A stretch of DNA of 64,000 nt, from positions 83,888,001-83,952,000 of the forward strand of contig NC_086097.1 in assembly GCF_963921235.1 (NCBI RefSeq). The letters are read 5' to 3'. How positions within the stretch are numbered: the stretch's first letter is position 1; each line of letters begins with the position of its first letter. This stretch comes from Mobula hypostoma (taxonomy: Eukaryota). The translations under genes and the position numbers were made by a program. The notes beneath the pieces were generated by a model that searched no databases, was not told where the DNA came from, and saw only the letters and a program-made list of their open reading frames with translations. Below, piece after piece: positions 48,826-62,770 of the stretch.

Positions 48826-50465
48826 AAATATTTGTGTAAACTGACCTAAATGGATTTATCTACCTCAACTAGAAAAACTTGTTCACCGAGATTCTGTGAG
48901 AGACCGGCTAGATTGAAACTAAATATGTTCAGAGAAATATCAAAGAGATGCGTGAGTAGCTGTTACAGTAGCTATCCCCAATGATGAAGGAATCTTGGAA
49001 TCTATCGGTGGAATAGAAAATCCTTTCCTTATTCATCTGCTTTTGGCCAGTGGTTCAAACATGAAACATAACTGCCTTGGCCATGGCATCATCAGGCTTT
49101 GCTTCCACACTTGTAGGGAAGGAAGGGTGGGAGTTGTGTAGGGTCTGAACATGTGCCTTTTAAATTTGATAAATCTCGAGGCTCCAGCATGTAACATTGC
49201 TCTAAGTTAATGGAAGATGATAGTAGAAAGCAGCTAAAGAGAAAACCTGTATCAAAGTTCATAAATTTGGTAAATCATTAAATGATTACACCTAAAACCA
49301 AAATCCAAGCATACACTCAGTGGCCACTTTATTAGGTACATGAGATAGTGAAAATCAGCCGCTGAATAAGATTTCCAACAAATATTTAGAAAGAGCTCAT
49401 TCATATTTATGTTCTTACTATATTTTAGAATAAACACATTTCCCAATTAATTGTTTTGTGTAATTAATACATTTAAACCTGGATAATATGAGGTTAAATT
49501 TATGCAGCTGAAATATTTAATGATCAAATGATGAGTGTTGGCTCTCTGAATACTCACAGCAGAAATATTAATTTAGTTTCCTTCATGAATTTTTTTTCTT
49601 ACGACAAAAATAATCCAATCATTACCATAAACTATCTCAACAACATATTATAACTTTATATATTAATAACTGCTATATCTGGCAATGTTCAGGCCATTAT
49701 CCTGGCAATTATGTTTGTATTTATTTCCATGCAATCATGTTTTATAACACTCCTTGCAAATTGAAAATTAGAATTATTCCATGAATAATATAAAGAGGAG
49801 CTTAAAATTACGTAGTTTAACTTAAGCCACTAATAAAAAACTACACACTGAAAGTAAAAAATGTATGTACAAATTACACTTAATATAGTTCTCTTTAAGG
49901 AAGTATGCACAATGCATAAAACCTACTTGATTAAAATGCTGAAGTGCTCAAGAATACACTATTTTTTTGCTTTTCAATGCAGTGTATAAGTGTATAGAGT
50001 ACTTTTTAACTCTGGAGGATGCTAGATATAGTTGACTGTTGGAAAAATATTGAGTTTTGATATTAAGGTCAACTTTTTTAGTAATTGTCTTTGCACCTTG
50101 TTAATACTTATAGTAAACTGTGTTAAATAAGGAACTGAAGTTGCTTGAATTAAAAATGTAGATCAGATGGGATAATTAAAATGAAGGGGTGAGTAGTTTT
50201 TCTCAACAGCATTACCAGTCATTACTGTAACCTCAATTATATGTTTTGAACTGGTAATCTTATTCTGTTGTATAGTATTGGTGAATCCTGAGTAACATGA
50301 TTGGAGCTCCTTCGTTTCATTCAGATGATGGTAGCTTAAAAAATCACAGAAAAATGTAGTATAACCTCATCAATATCTGTCATACAGTTGAAAGATTTGA
50401 ATAGCACCAGTTGCTGCAAGGAAAACCTCTTATAATAATGATCAGGGAGGCACAGAGAGAATCTG

Positions 50466-53400
50466 TGTAATGCCTGGTTCTTTTTTTTACCGTTATGCTG
50501 TTCTGTATTTCATTTTGTGCTGTTCTGTGTGAGCTGCTTATTTCTCAGTTTATGTTTGGGTTACTGATGAAGATAAGAGATAGGAGAATTATGTGCCATT
50601 CAATTAGGATGGCCAGATTAAGAGGATTCTCTGACGAGGGACACTAAGGCTTTTGTTAGAAAGAGATGAAGAGAGAAGATGCTGGAGCGAAGAGGTCGTA
50701 GGATTCAATCTGGAGAGGGCCATGATTCGACGAAGCCTGGGGTGAGATCGAGGGAGGATCGGCGATGGGGAAACCGTGAGCTCCAACTTGTGCACATTAG
50801 ACTGTTACATTAAATGGGCCCTTTTCTTTTTTTGTTCTTTCTTTACTAACCCATTAGTCAAATTAAGAATTATAAAGCTAAATCGTTTAATTGTATGCAG
50901 TGTACTGTCTGTAATTTCGTGGCACTTATTTGTAACAGGGTAACGAATCACGCAGCATCTGTACAAACAGGGGGTTTCAGGGTGGGCTTGCACCTCAATC
51001 TCACACGTTTGGCGGGGCCAGAGAATGCCTTCCCTCGACTTACACAGCTGATGGAACCAGAACGTTTCATTGCAGAGGCTCGTCCAGGATCAATTTCATT
51101 GGATGCTGTGTGATTGCCCTGAGCATTGATCCAGTGGGTTGTGTGTTTAAGCCTGTGCTAAACTATTGTCCGGTAAAGTGATTACGAAACATAGTTATGG
51201 GTGCTGCAGGTTTGAGCGGTGGTGTGAGTCCACGGGGTTAGCGGTAACGAATGCGTGTGTGTTGAGTGGGGTAGACATTCATATCCCTGATGTTAATTTG
51301 AACATCATTAAAATTAATTCGAACCTTAAGTACTGTTAAAACCGTAGGAACAGTTGCGATTGTGGGGCGCAGGTTTGATATAATGGCTGGCGAAGACTTC
51401 GTTTTAGTCCAGACTAGCGCTGACGTAACCGCAGTGGGACTGCCCGTCACTACTGGGGCCTCGGGAGAGGGGGGCTGTGGGCTGTCCATACTTTCCGGGA
51501 GGAGGAGTGTATGGGAGAGTGAGCTGAATTGCAAGCCAAGTCTCCTGTAGCTGGGGGCGGAGACTTCAAAGACAGGTTGCTTGTGTTTCTGCGGAGCAAG
51601 GGGAAGGAGTGGTCTGAATTGGAATGTCTAATGAGTCCCCCAGCGAAGAGTGGGACTTCTGAGTTATCAGCCCTTACCTCCCTGACGAATAAATGGTCCA
51701 GTGCCCAGGCAGAGGATCCAAGTTATCGAAAGCGGAGAATATTCTCTGGAGTGAAGCCCACCCCTGAGGGGGAAGAGGAGTAGGAGACTTGGGCAGAGCA
51801 GGCCTCTCAGTTGTTAGATGAGTGGCAGTGCTCTGATGACGTAAAAAGACAGCGATTGGCTGAGAGCTTTCTAGGCGGGGTTGCTGACGCAGTGAGAGCC
51901 GTAAAGGCTCAGAACCCCTTTGCCACTTCTGCAGCCTACATGCAAGTGCTGGAGAAGGTGTTTGGTGTGACGGGAAGCCTGCTGGAGCTCATGATGGGGT
52001 TTCAGAGCATATGTCAAGAGAAGGGGGAGAAGCTTTCTGCCTACATTTTATGGCTAGAGAGGCAGCTAAATTGCTTACGGCGTACAGAGGCCATTCAGAC
52101 AGCTGAGGTGGATCAGCTAAGAATGGACCAAATAGCGAAAGGCGCCCAGTCCCAGGACCTGATCGCTTGGGGTCTCCGACTGTCTCGTTAGACATGCCCC
52201 CCTCCCTCGTTTGTTGAGCTGATCAGAGAAGTATGAGAGGAGGAGAATGCATCAGAGACACGGTGGGGGGGCTCTGTCAGCAGGGTACAGTCCTCTGTAG
52301 TAGCCCCCTGCATTGAAGTAACCACGGATAGCCAACCCTGTGGAGTGGTAAAGGATATCGTGGCAGAGTTGAGAACTGAGATGACCCAGTTGTTATCAGC
52401 GAGTGTGGCCCCCCACCCCCCGTACAGTAGAGCTGATAGGGAGGCGGATTCCCTAAGGGGACGGACTACACAGAGGACTGCTAGCAGCTGGGGTCCCGCA
52501 AGAAGGGGAGCGGCTGGTGTTGTCTGTTATAACTATGGTGAAGAGGGACACTTCGGGTGGGAATGTGAACGATGGAAATCCCCTCGGAGAGTGAGCCCCC
52601 GGGTACCTAAGCAGAGAGAGACTTAGAAGAGACCCAGTGAGGGAACGGCTTGGTGTCTCGGAGGGAACATGTTCCCAGCAATATATCAAGGAACACCCTA
52701 AAGCAAAAAACTCCAAGCTCCAAGTATCAGCGTATCACTACTGATAGAGGGTATTTATGCTCGAGCCATACTTGACACAGGGTCACAGGTCACTTTGCTG
52801 TACCATTCGTTTTACAACAAGTATTTGATGCATTTACCATTGATGCCACTTAGTGCGCTAGAGATCTGGGGTCTTAGTGCGGCTGATTATCCATTTGATT
52901 GTTATTTGTTCGTGAAGCTGGAGTTTTGGAGGCAGATGCGGAAGTGGCTGAGGTCCTTGATACATTAGCGCTGGACCCCGTTGAGAAGGGCGGAGTTTCA
53001 GTTCTTGAGGGGACAAATATTCCTATTGTGAGGAGGCTAAAGGGAGCCTCCAAGGAGAGAGCTTTCTGAAAACATTGTCTGTTCACCCTGTGTTTCCAGC
53101 TGCTTTTGAGAAGGGCGTGACGGCACTGGGCCAGGTAATGAGCTTGAACGTGGGGTTCCCCCAGTTAAAACCAATTGTTTTACGGCCTGGGGAAGTAGCG
53201 AGAGTGATGGGAAACCCCAAATTTCCCAAAATACCTGAGGCTGAGGCTCTCTTGGTGGACACTCACTCTGGAAGACCACGAAGAGGAGTCGGGCGTACCT
53301 GCTGGGGTACTGGTGAGGCCCGAACTGCAGAAGCCCCCGGTTGTACAGGCAAACAGGGTGGTAGTGATTGTCAGGAACACTACGTAGAGGGAGGTCACCT

Positions 53401-56400
53401 TCAAGCGGGGGATGCACCTGGCGCACCTCTTCCCAGTGACGGTAATGTCGAGTGTCCCTGTGAGACAAGCCGGAGAGAAACTCTCCTCAAAAAAGGGAAA
53501 GTTGACTGCGAGTTGGAAGAGGACATTGATAGAGGAGATGTTAAAACTGGAAGATATTTTTTCTACTGGTGAGTTTGATGTGGGTTGCTCCAAGAGCACT
53601 CGCCACACTATCTAGGTGACCGAGGACTCCCCGTTCAGAGAAGGGTTGCAGTGACTGTCCCCTGCAGAGGTGGAAGATGTTCAGCAGCATTTGCGGAAGC
53701 TGAAGGAAGCTGGGATCATCACTGAGTCCAGAAGCCCCTTATGGTCCCCAATAGTAGTGGCCAAGAAGAATAATGAGAAGGTACAGATTGATAGCCCCTG
53801 CAACTTTCCAGTGTGTCATGGAGAAAACAGTAGGGGATATGAACCTGCTTGAGGTATTAGTGTATTTGGATGACCTCGTAGTGTTTGGGTCCACCTTGGA
53901 AGAACATGAAGCAAGGCTACTGAAGGTGCTGGGCCACCTGGAAGCTGAAAGGTTAAAACTTTCATTGGATAAGTGCCAGTTCTGCAAGACTTCTGTCAGC
54001 TATGTTGGGCATATAGTCTTATGATTTGGGGTAGCTACAAATCCGTCTAAGGTAAAGGCAGTGACCACATGGCCAAGGCCCAGACTGTGAGCACTTTGTG
54101 CTCATTCCTTGGGTTCTGTGGTTACTATCGGAGATTCGTGAGGGGCTAAGCGAAAGTGAGTCACCCTTAAAATCAGCTTCTGTGCAGTAACCTTCCTTTG
54201 GGGAAGAAAGGGAGGAGGACAAAAAGAGAGGAGGGTAAAGTGTATCTTAGCCCTTTGGAGCCTTTTGGAGCGAGATGAGATGTGAAATGTGAAGAGGCCT
54301 TTCAGTCGCTGAAGGTGCTGCTGATACAGGCGTGTGTACTGGATTTTGCAGACCCCCGATAGCCGTATGTACTGCATACAGATGCCAGAAGAGAGGGCTT
54401 AGGGGGTGTCCTGTATCAAGATCAGGGCATTGGGTTGGGACCTATTGCATTTGTCAGCTGGAGTCTGTCACCCTCCGAGAAAAACTATCCCACGCACAAG
54501 TTGGAGTTCCTGGCATTGAAATGGGCTGTGATGGATAAGTTGAGCAGCTACTTCTATGGTGACAAGTTTGAGGTGAGGATGGACAACAATTCTCTAACTT
54601 ATATCCTGACCTTGGCAAAATTGGATGCCACGGCCTGAAGTACCGGCCAGGAAGCAGGAACGTTGATGCTGATGCTTTGTCCCAACGTGCACATGAAGGG
54701 CTGGACAGGGACAGAGAGTGGGAGAGCGTTCCTGCCCCGGGGGTGAAGGAGAGAGAAGGCAGAGGCAGGATCGAGTGGTAGATCAACTGGGGCCTTCTGA
54801 TGACACCATTCCACAAGCTTACTGTAACCTGACTGCTCTCTGAAGACCAACCAGTTGCCGGAATTGAGTCCTGGGGAAGTGGCAGCTGATCAGCGAGATG
54901 ACCCAGGTGTTGGTACCATTTGGCCAGCAGTCGAAAAGAGAGGCATGGCCCAAGTGGAGAAGACATGCCGCGGTGCCCCCATTACTGAGATAATGGCCCA
55001 GGTTGGAGTTGAGGAACCAGATCCTAAATCAGGTCACGTAGGCTCCGGACTGGCCTCAGCATTTCCAGCTGGTTCTGCCTGAGAAGTATTGGAGGATTGT
55101 TTTGAAGTCACTTCATGATTCTGGACATTTGGGAGTTGAAATGACTGATGGATTGCTCAGAGATCGGTTCTACTGGCCCTGAAAAAGCCAGAGGTTGAAG
55201 AATACTGCAAGTCGTGTATTTGATGCATATGGAAGAAGATGCTGCCTACGAGGGCCGCTCTGTTGTCCCACTTGTAGAGTGTGGGGCACCTTGACCTGGT
55301 CTGTATGGATTTCCTGTCAATAGATGTCAGCAACATGGTGAATGTCTTGGTCATTATGGATCACTACACCAGATATGTGCAAGGATCAGAGGGCATCCAC
55401 GGTGGCCAAAGTGTTATGGGAGGTAGTTCATTTATTATGGCCTCCCTAGGTGGATACATAGTGATCAGGGATGGGATTTTGAGAGCAGACTCCTCCATGA
55501 GTTACTGAGCATGCTTGGAGTCGAGAAGTTGAGGACTACGCCTTATCACCCACAGGTTTAATCAGACCTTGCTAGACATGTTTGGAACCTTGGAGATCAG
55601 CAAGAAGAACAAGAGGAGCCAACATATTGGACATCTGGTCCACTGCTACAACTGTACACGAAATGAAGCTACTGGGTACCTGCCATATTACCTGATGTTT
55701 GGGCGTGAGGCGAGGTTGCCCATCGACCTTTGTTTTGGGACTGGTGAGGAAGATCTACCAGCGAAGACTTATCTAAAACACGCGTCTGATATGAGTAGGG
55801 AGCTGAAAAAGGTTTATGAATTAGCTGAGGTCGCGGCTGCCAAGCGGAATCAAGGTAATAAGAGGAGGTATGATCAAAAGGTTAGGCTCTCCCAATTCAT
55901 GCCAGGAGACCGAGACCTCATAAGGAATTTGGGGCTACCTAGAAGCATAAGTTGGCTGACCGCTGGGCAGCTATGCCCCATGTAATGGAGAGTCAGAAGC
56001 CAAACATACCAGTTTTCCGGGTGAAACCAGAGGATGGGAATGGGCCTGTCGAGATACTCCATCGGAATCACCTTCCACCTTTGGGACAAGAGGTGCAGGT
56101 TGACCCAGAGCCTGACCTGGAACCTAAACCTAGTAAGAGGACTCTACAGCAACGCGGAGAGACTGAAGGACCAGCAGCAGGAAAGGTTAAACCGGCCCCC
56201 ACCCTTGAATGGGATACAGACCCGGAGGATGAGGAAATGGGGGGTATGGTATACCACCACGGTGGGCTTCACAGCTGAACAGGTGAGAAGACAGCTGAAA
56301 TGTCTCAACCCAAGCAAGCTGCAGGACCGGATGGTGTCAGTACCAGGGTGCTCAAAGCCTATACCCCTCAGCTATGTGGAGTACTTCGCCATGTATTCAA

Positions 56401-58301
56401 CATGAGCCTGAGGCTCCGGAGGGTTCCTGTACTGTGGAAGACGTCCTGCCTCGTCCCTGTGCCGAAGACGCCACGCCCCAGCGGCCTCAATGACTACAGA
56501 CCGGTGGCATTGACCTCCCACCTCATGAAGACCCTGGAGAGACTTGTTCTGGAGCTGCTCCAGCCTATGGTCAGGCCACACGTAGATCCCCTCCAGTTCG
56601 CCTACCAACCCCGACTAGGAGTTGAGGATGCCATCGTCTACCTGCTGAACCGTGTCTACACCCACCTGGACAAGCCAGCGAGCATGGTGAGGGTCATGTT
56701 TTTTGACTTCTCCAGTGCGTTCAACACCATCCGCCCTGCTCTGCTGGGGGAGAAGCTGACAGTGATGCAGGTGGATGCTTCCCTGGTATCATGGATTCTT
56801 GATTACCTGACTGGCAGACCACAGTACGTGTGCTTGCAACACTGTGTGTCCAACAGAGTGATCAGCAGCACTGGGGCTCCACAGGGGACTGTCTTGTCTC
56901 CCTTTCTCTTCACCATTTACACCTCGGACTTCAACTACTGCACAGTCTTGTCATCTTCAGAAGTTTTCTGATAACTCTACCATAGTTGGATGCATCAGCA
57001 AGGGAGATGAGGCTGAGTACAGGGCTATGGTAGGAAACTTTGTCACATGGTGTGAACAGAATTATCTGCAGCTTAATGTGAAAAAGACTAAGGAGCTGGT
57101 GGTAGACCTGAGGAGAGCTAAGGTACCGGTGACCCCTGTTTCCATCCAGGGGGTCAGTGTGGACATGGTGGAGGATTACAAATACCTGGGGATACGAACT
57201 GACAATAAACTGGACTGGTCAAAGAACACTGAGGCTGTCTACAAGAAGGGTCAGAGCCGTCTCTATTTCCTGAGGAGAGTGAGGTCCTTTAACATCTGCC
57301 GAATGATGCTGAGGATGTTCTACGAGTCTGTGGTGGCCAGTGCGATCATGTTTGCTGTTGTGTGCTGGGGCAGCAAGCTGAGGGTAGCAGACACCAACAA
57401 AATCAACAAACTCATTCGTAAGGCCAGTGATGTTGTGGGAATGGAACTGGACTCTCTTACGGTGGTGTCTGAAAAGAGGATACTATCCAAGTTGCATGCC
57501 ATCTTGGACAATGTCTCCCATCCACTACATAATGTACTGGTTGGGCACAGGAGTATATTCAGCCAGAGACTCATTCCACCGAGATGCAACACAGAGCGTC
57601 ATAGGAAGTCATTCCTGCCTGTGGCCATCAAACTTTACAACTCCTCCCTTGGAGGGTCAGACACCCTGAGCCAATAGGCTGGTCCTGGACTTATTTCCTG
57701 GCATAATTTACATATTACTATTTAATTATTTATGTTTTTATTACTATTTAATTATTTATGGTGCAACCGTAATGAAAACCAATTTCCCCCGGGATCGATA
57801 AAGTACGACTATGCTGCCTTTTGCTAACTTCCCACTGATTGAGGAAGAGATTCCCAACCCCTCCTCATGCTGAGACAGGTGAAATCAGGGAGGGGGGTAC
57901 TATCTGTAGACAGGCTGAGTTTCAGTGAGACCACGAAGGGAATGAAGCAGGGCTCAGCCAAGTGCCAGAGGGATTCGAGTTGCAAGAGGGCACGAGTGAT
58001 AGACCAGGGGAGGCCTCGCCATATAGATCAGAAGTATCCCAAGGACTGTCAGAATCTGAAGCAGATGATGGGCTAAGGAGGTCTCAAAGAATTAGGAGAT
58101 GCCTAGATAGGCTGGCCTATGTAGCACCAGGGGAACAGACTGCTAGGGCTATCCCCCTAGTGAGATATGTCAGTACCCTTTACAAATGGATTGGATGTTC
58201 TGACATCATCAAATTCCTTTGAAAATGTTGTTATTAATGATGGGGATGACAAATTATTTCAAAGTCATGAGGATATAACTATTTTGGTGGAGGAAGAGAA
58301 G
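50466..58301 (+). mobile_element. Decayed Gypsy LTR retrotransposon (5' LTR, PBS, PNMA-like gag, protease, RT, RNase H, integrase, PPT), 3' LTR absent
   Basis: LTR TG..CA at 50466-51069 and tRNA-Pro-like PBS at 51073-51090. Gag IFSGVKP..DVKRQRLAES, protease LDTGSQVT, RT YLDDL, RNase H YPTHKLEFLALKWAV, integrase PYYLMFGREARLPID. PPT at 58286-58301. Many stops and frameshifts. Confidence 0.9.
56254..57810 (+). mobile_element. Young 5'-truncated Rex1/Babar-like LINE inserted in the Gypsy integrase region
   Basis: Long RT ORFs 56300-56971 and 57027-57677 (AAGPDG, DYRPVALTS, DFSSAFNT, PQGTVLSPFLF). Gypsy sequence rejoins across the insert as VWY/MLPF. Confidence 0.9.
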
Positions 58302-58512
58302 TATCGACAAGTAGCTTTATTGTCTCAACAGAAGAACATGTCAACTTACTCTTCCAAATATCTGTGTGCACACCTACTAAGTTTTCCTGACATTCCATAA
58401 ACAGTCAAAGAAGAGAAAAGATAATACCAGTTTAAAAAGTGTCTTTGCTGGCCACATGTTCATCATAATCCCATTTTGAATCTCCTATAGGGTCATCATT
58501 GATAGAACATTC

Positions 58513-58991
58513 CAGACATACCACCTCTCCTGGAAGTTCCGGGAGTCTCCCACATATTGATAGTGGCTCCCTGATGCTCGCAAATTATATACAATATCCC
58601 GGAAATCAATTTTTTGAGAGCGAGCGAGAGAGAGAGCACGCCATGGCAGAGTGTTCCAAAAAAGAAAGTACAAAATTTAGTCACCCCAGACTAACTAAAG
58701 TGTACCCCTGCCTATAGGGGTAAAAAATAATGACAGTGTTGCTCGCTGCACTGTTTGCAACAGTGACTTTTCTATTGCCCATGATGAGTTAAGACTGTAA
58801 AAGACATGTTGAGGTGAGTTTAACAGGTGTCATTCATTTATTAGCATAGCTAACGTTATTTAAACTAGCTGGCTAGCTGCTAAGGAGCTATTCTATTGCA
58901 GACATCCCACCTCTCCCGGAAGTTCTGGGAGTTTCCCGCAAATTGATGGTGCTATCTCCCTGAAATGAGTTTTTGCAGGGTGGGATGTCTG
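58513..58991. mobile_element. Non-autonomous DNA transposon (MITE) with 6-bp TSD
   Basis: TIRs CAGACATACCACC and GGTGGGATGTCTG; ACATTC duplicated at 58507-58512 and 58992-58997. Confidence 0.75.
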
Positions 58992-59534
58992 ACATTCAAA
59001 GCATCTGCTTTTAATTTCATTCCTTACCAATTCACCTGATTGACCTTTAACACTTTCTTATTGGCTCTGCTCCAAACCAGCATCCATTTATTGCCCTCTT
59101 TCCAGCAAGTGACAACTGGTAATTTATGGCTCTTTGTTTGAAATCAGCAACCAGCTCAAATCTCTCAGGGCAGGCACAAACCCCAATAGTCACAAACCTG
59201 CATGTTATCTTCTTATTTGGAAATTATCTCTACTCCAGCAGATTACCTGGAGATTCATTGTGTTTACTTTAAGACACTGATCAAGCCTAGTGACTTAAGT
59301 TCACAAAATGGAGGACATAAAACAGTTCCACAAAATGGCAGCCTCCATTCCCAAGCACATGGCAAGAACAAAGACAATTGTCCTTCCGCTGTCCTTGATT
59401 CATTCAAATTCACTGATTTGTAGACTGCAGTCCTTTTGGACCAACAAGGTTGTCCAAGAAGCTTCAATTATTCATGGTCTGTGAGGACTAAAATTTTTGG
59501 TGCTAAATTTGTTTTTCAAACAACTATTGGTAAG

Positions 59535-59790
59535 GTAGTGAGTTCAAGCCCCATCCGCATGTTGTGTCCTTGAGCAAGGCACTTAATCACACATTGCTCT
59601 GCGACGACACTGGTGCCAAGCTGTATGGGTCCTAATGCCCTTCCCTTGGACAACATTGGTGTCGTGGAGAGGGGAGACTTGCAGCATGGGCAACTGCCGG
59701 TCTTCCATACAACCTTGCCCAGGCCTGTGCCCTGGAGAGTGAAGACTTTCCAGGCGCAGATCCATGGTCTCATAAGACTAAAGGATGCTT
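59535..59790 (+). mobile_element. 5'-truncated tRNA-derived SINE with CORE-like segment
   Basis: B box GAGTTCAAGCC, then GTCCTTGAGCAAGGCACTTAATCACACATTGCTC, shared with the 24824-25052 SINE. Confidence 0.7.
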
Positions 59791-60239
59791 TTGTTTTACT
59801 TTTATTTATTGGTAATTCAAATAGTGCTAAGTGACATTTGGGAAAGATCAGATTACCAAACGATGTAACAATTCAGCCCCAACTTTTCATCAAAATTGTT
59901 GAGTATTTATATTTAGTTTCCCCATTTGAGATTTGTACAGCCCAGCGTTTTTGTGGTTCCATGAACTGAACTCTTGAAATACAGATAGGGTTGCAGTGGC
60001 CATTGCTGCAGTGGACTTGGGGCCGGACTGAAACTTCAGGACAGATTGAAATGGCGGGGCTCAGGCCCAAGAGTGAAAAATAAGCTGATGTTTAGTTCAT
60101 TTAAATGCTGATCCAGATTAAAGGATTAAGGCTTTGAGGGCAAAGGATGAACCAGTGTTCACCTCACTACTCTGTGAGGCTTTATTCACCTCAGCACTGA
60201 ACTGATTCTGCCGCTGTGGCCTGTAGCTATTGGTACTCA

Positions 60240-62770
60240 CCTAAGTGTTGATAGTAGGGGATTCAGGGACAGTGATGCCATTGAATGTCAAGGGACGATG
60301 GTTAGAGTCTCTCTTGTTGGAGATGGTCATCGCCTGGCACTTGCGTGGCTCGAATGTTACTTGCCACTTGTCAGCCCAAACCTGGATATCGTCCAGGTCC
60401 TGCTGCATTTGGGTATGAACTGCATCACTATCTGAGGAATCACAAATGGTGCAGAATATTGTTCAGTCATCTGCGAACATCCCCAGTTCTGACCTTATGA
60501 CTGAAGGAAGGTCATTGATGAAGCAGCTGAAGACGATTGGTCCTAGGACACTTCCCTGAGCAACTTCTGTAGTGATGTCCTGAGGATGAGATGATTGACC
60601 TCCAACAACCACAACCCATCTTCCTTTGTGTCAAACAGCGGAGGGTTTCCCCCTAATTCCCATTGACTCCATTTTATCTAGAGCACCTTGATGCCATGCT
60701 TGATCAAATGCTGCCATGATGTCGAAGGTTATCATCCTCACCTCACATCTGGCATTTAGCTCTTTGGTCCATGTTTGGACCAAGGAGGTGATGCAGTCAG
60801 GAGCTGAGTGGCCTCGACGGAACCCAAACTGGACATCCGTAAGCAGTTTATTGCCGAGTAGGTGCTGCATGATAGTACTGTTGATGACCCCTTCCACTAC
60901 TGTGCTGATGATTGAGAGTAGGCTGATAGGGCAGTAATTGGTTGGGTTGGACTTGTCTGTTTCTTGCGTACAGGACATATCTGGGCAATTTTCCACATTA
61001 CCGGATTGATACTGGTGTTGTAGCTATACTGGAACAGCTTGGCTAGTGGCGGGGCAAGTTCTGGAGCACAAGTCTTCAGGACTATTGCTAGGATTTTGTC
61101 TGGGTCCATAGCCTTTGCAGTATTCAGTGCTTTCAGCTATTTCTCGATATCACATGGAGTGAATAAGATTGACTGCATACTGACATCTGGGATGCTGGGG
61201 ACTTCTGGAGGAGGCCAAGCCGGATCATCTACTCAACACTTCTGAATGAAGGTTGTCGAAAATTCCTCAGCCTTCTCTTTTGCACAGGTGTGCTGGGCTC
61301 CTCTATCATTGAGGATGGGGATATTTGTGGAGCCTCCTCCTCCAGTGAGGTGTTTGATTGTCCACCACCATTCATGGTTGGATGTGACAGGACTACAGAG
61401 CTTAGATCTGATCCGTTGTTTGTAGGACCACTTAGGTCTGCCTATTTCTTGCTGCTTATGGTATTTGCATGCAAGTAGTCCTGTACTGTGGCTTCACCAG
61501 GGTGATGCCTCATACTGAGGCATGCCTGGTATTGTTCTCAGATTGCCCTCCTGCACTCTTTGTTGAACCAGGGTGGATCCCCTGGCCTGGTGGTAATGTT
61601 AGAGTGGGGGATATGCTGGGCAATGAGGTTGCAGATTGTAGTTGAGTATAATTCTGCTGCTGCTGATGGCCCTCAGCGCCCCATTCTTGGGCTGCTAGAT
61701 CTGTTCAAAGTCTATCCCATCTAGCACAGTGGCAGTGCCACACAACGCCGTGGAGGGTTTCTTCAATGTGGAGACAGGATTTAGTCTCCACCATACTGTA
61801 CAGTGGTCACTTCTACCAATGCTGTCATGGACAGATGTTTCTGTGACAGGCAGGTTGCTGAGAATGAGGACAAGTGTGTTTTTCCCTCTTGTTGGTTCCC
61901 TCACCACCTGCTGTAGTCCCAGTCTAGTAGCTATGTCCTGTAGGACCCAGCCAGCTGTCTGTGGTGGTACTACCAGGCCACGGTTGGTGATGGACATTGA
62001 AGTCCCTCACCCAGAGTACATTCTGTGCCTTTGCCACACTCAGTTGCTGCTCTACATGGAGAAGTACTGATTCATCAGTTCAGGGAGGATGGTATGTGGT
62101 AATCAGCAGAGGTTTCCTTGCCCATGTTTAACCTGGTGCCAGAGTTGATGTTGAGAGTTGCCAGGGCAACTCCCTCTCTACTGTAGACCACTGTGCCGCC
62201 ACCTCTGCTAGGTCTGTCCTGCGGGTGAGACAGTACATACTCAGGAATGGCGATCGTGGAGTCTGGAACGTTAACTGTAATGTATGATTCTGTCAGTACA
62301 ATTATGTCGGGCTGTTGCTTGACTAGTCTGTGAGACAGCTCTCCCAACTTTGGCACAAGTCCCCAGATGTTAGTTAGGAGGACTTTGCAGGGGTTACAGG
62401 GCTGGTTTTGCCGTTGTCATTTCCAGTGCCTAGGTCGATGCCGGGTTATCCGTCTGGGTTCATTCCCTATTATTTTCTTTTCAGAATTGGATACAACTGA
62501 ATGGCTTGCTAGGCCATTTCAGAGGGCGTGTAAGAATCAACCATATTGCTGTGGGTCTGGAGTCACATATAGGCCAGACCAGATTCCTCCTCTAAAGAAC
62601 ATTAGTGAACCAGATGGGTTTTTATGACAATCGACATGGTTTCACAGTCATCAGATATTTTTATTGAATTCAAATTCACCATCTACCATGGTGGGATTTG
62701 AACTTATGTCCCCAGTGTATAATTGGGTCTCCGGATTACTGATCCAGTGGTAATTACCACGATGCCAAAT
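60240..62770 (-). mobile_element. Decayed CR1/L2-group LINE (APE and RT)
   Basis: PDIIVLTES, RGGGTVVY, SDH, LKTCAPELAPPL, PISLLS, QFGFR and AFD motifs. Confidence 0.85.

Noticed and set aside
51197..52626. Domesticated PNMA-like gag gene
   Set aside because: In-frame stops and frameshifts, a broken zinc knuckle, and still embedded in a decayed Gypsy element.
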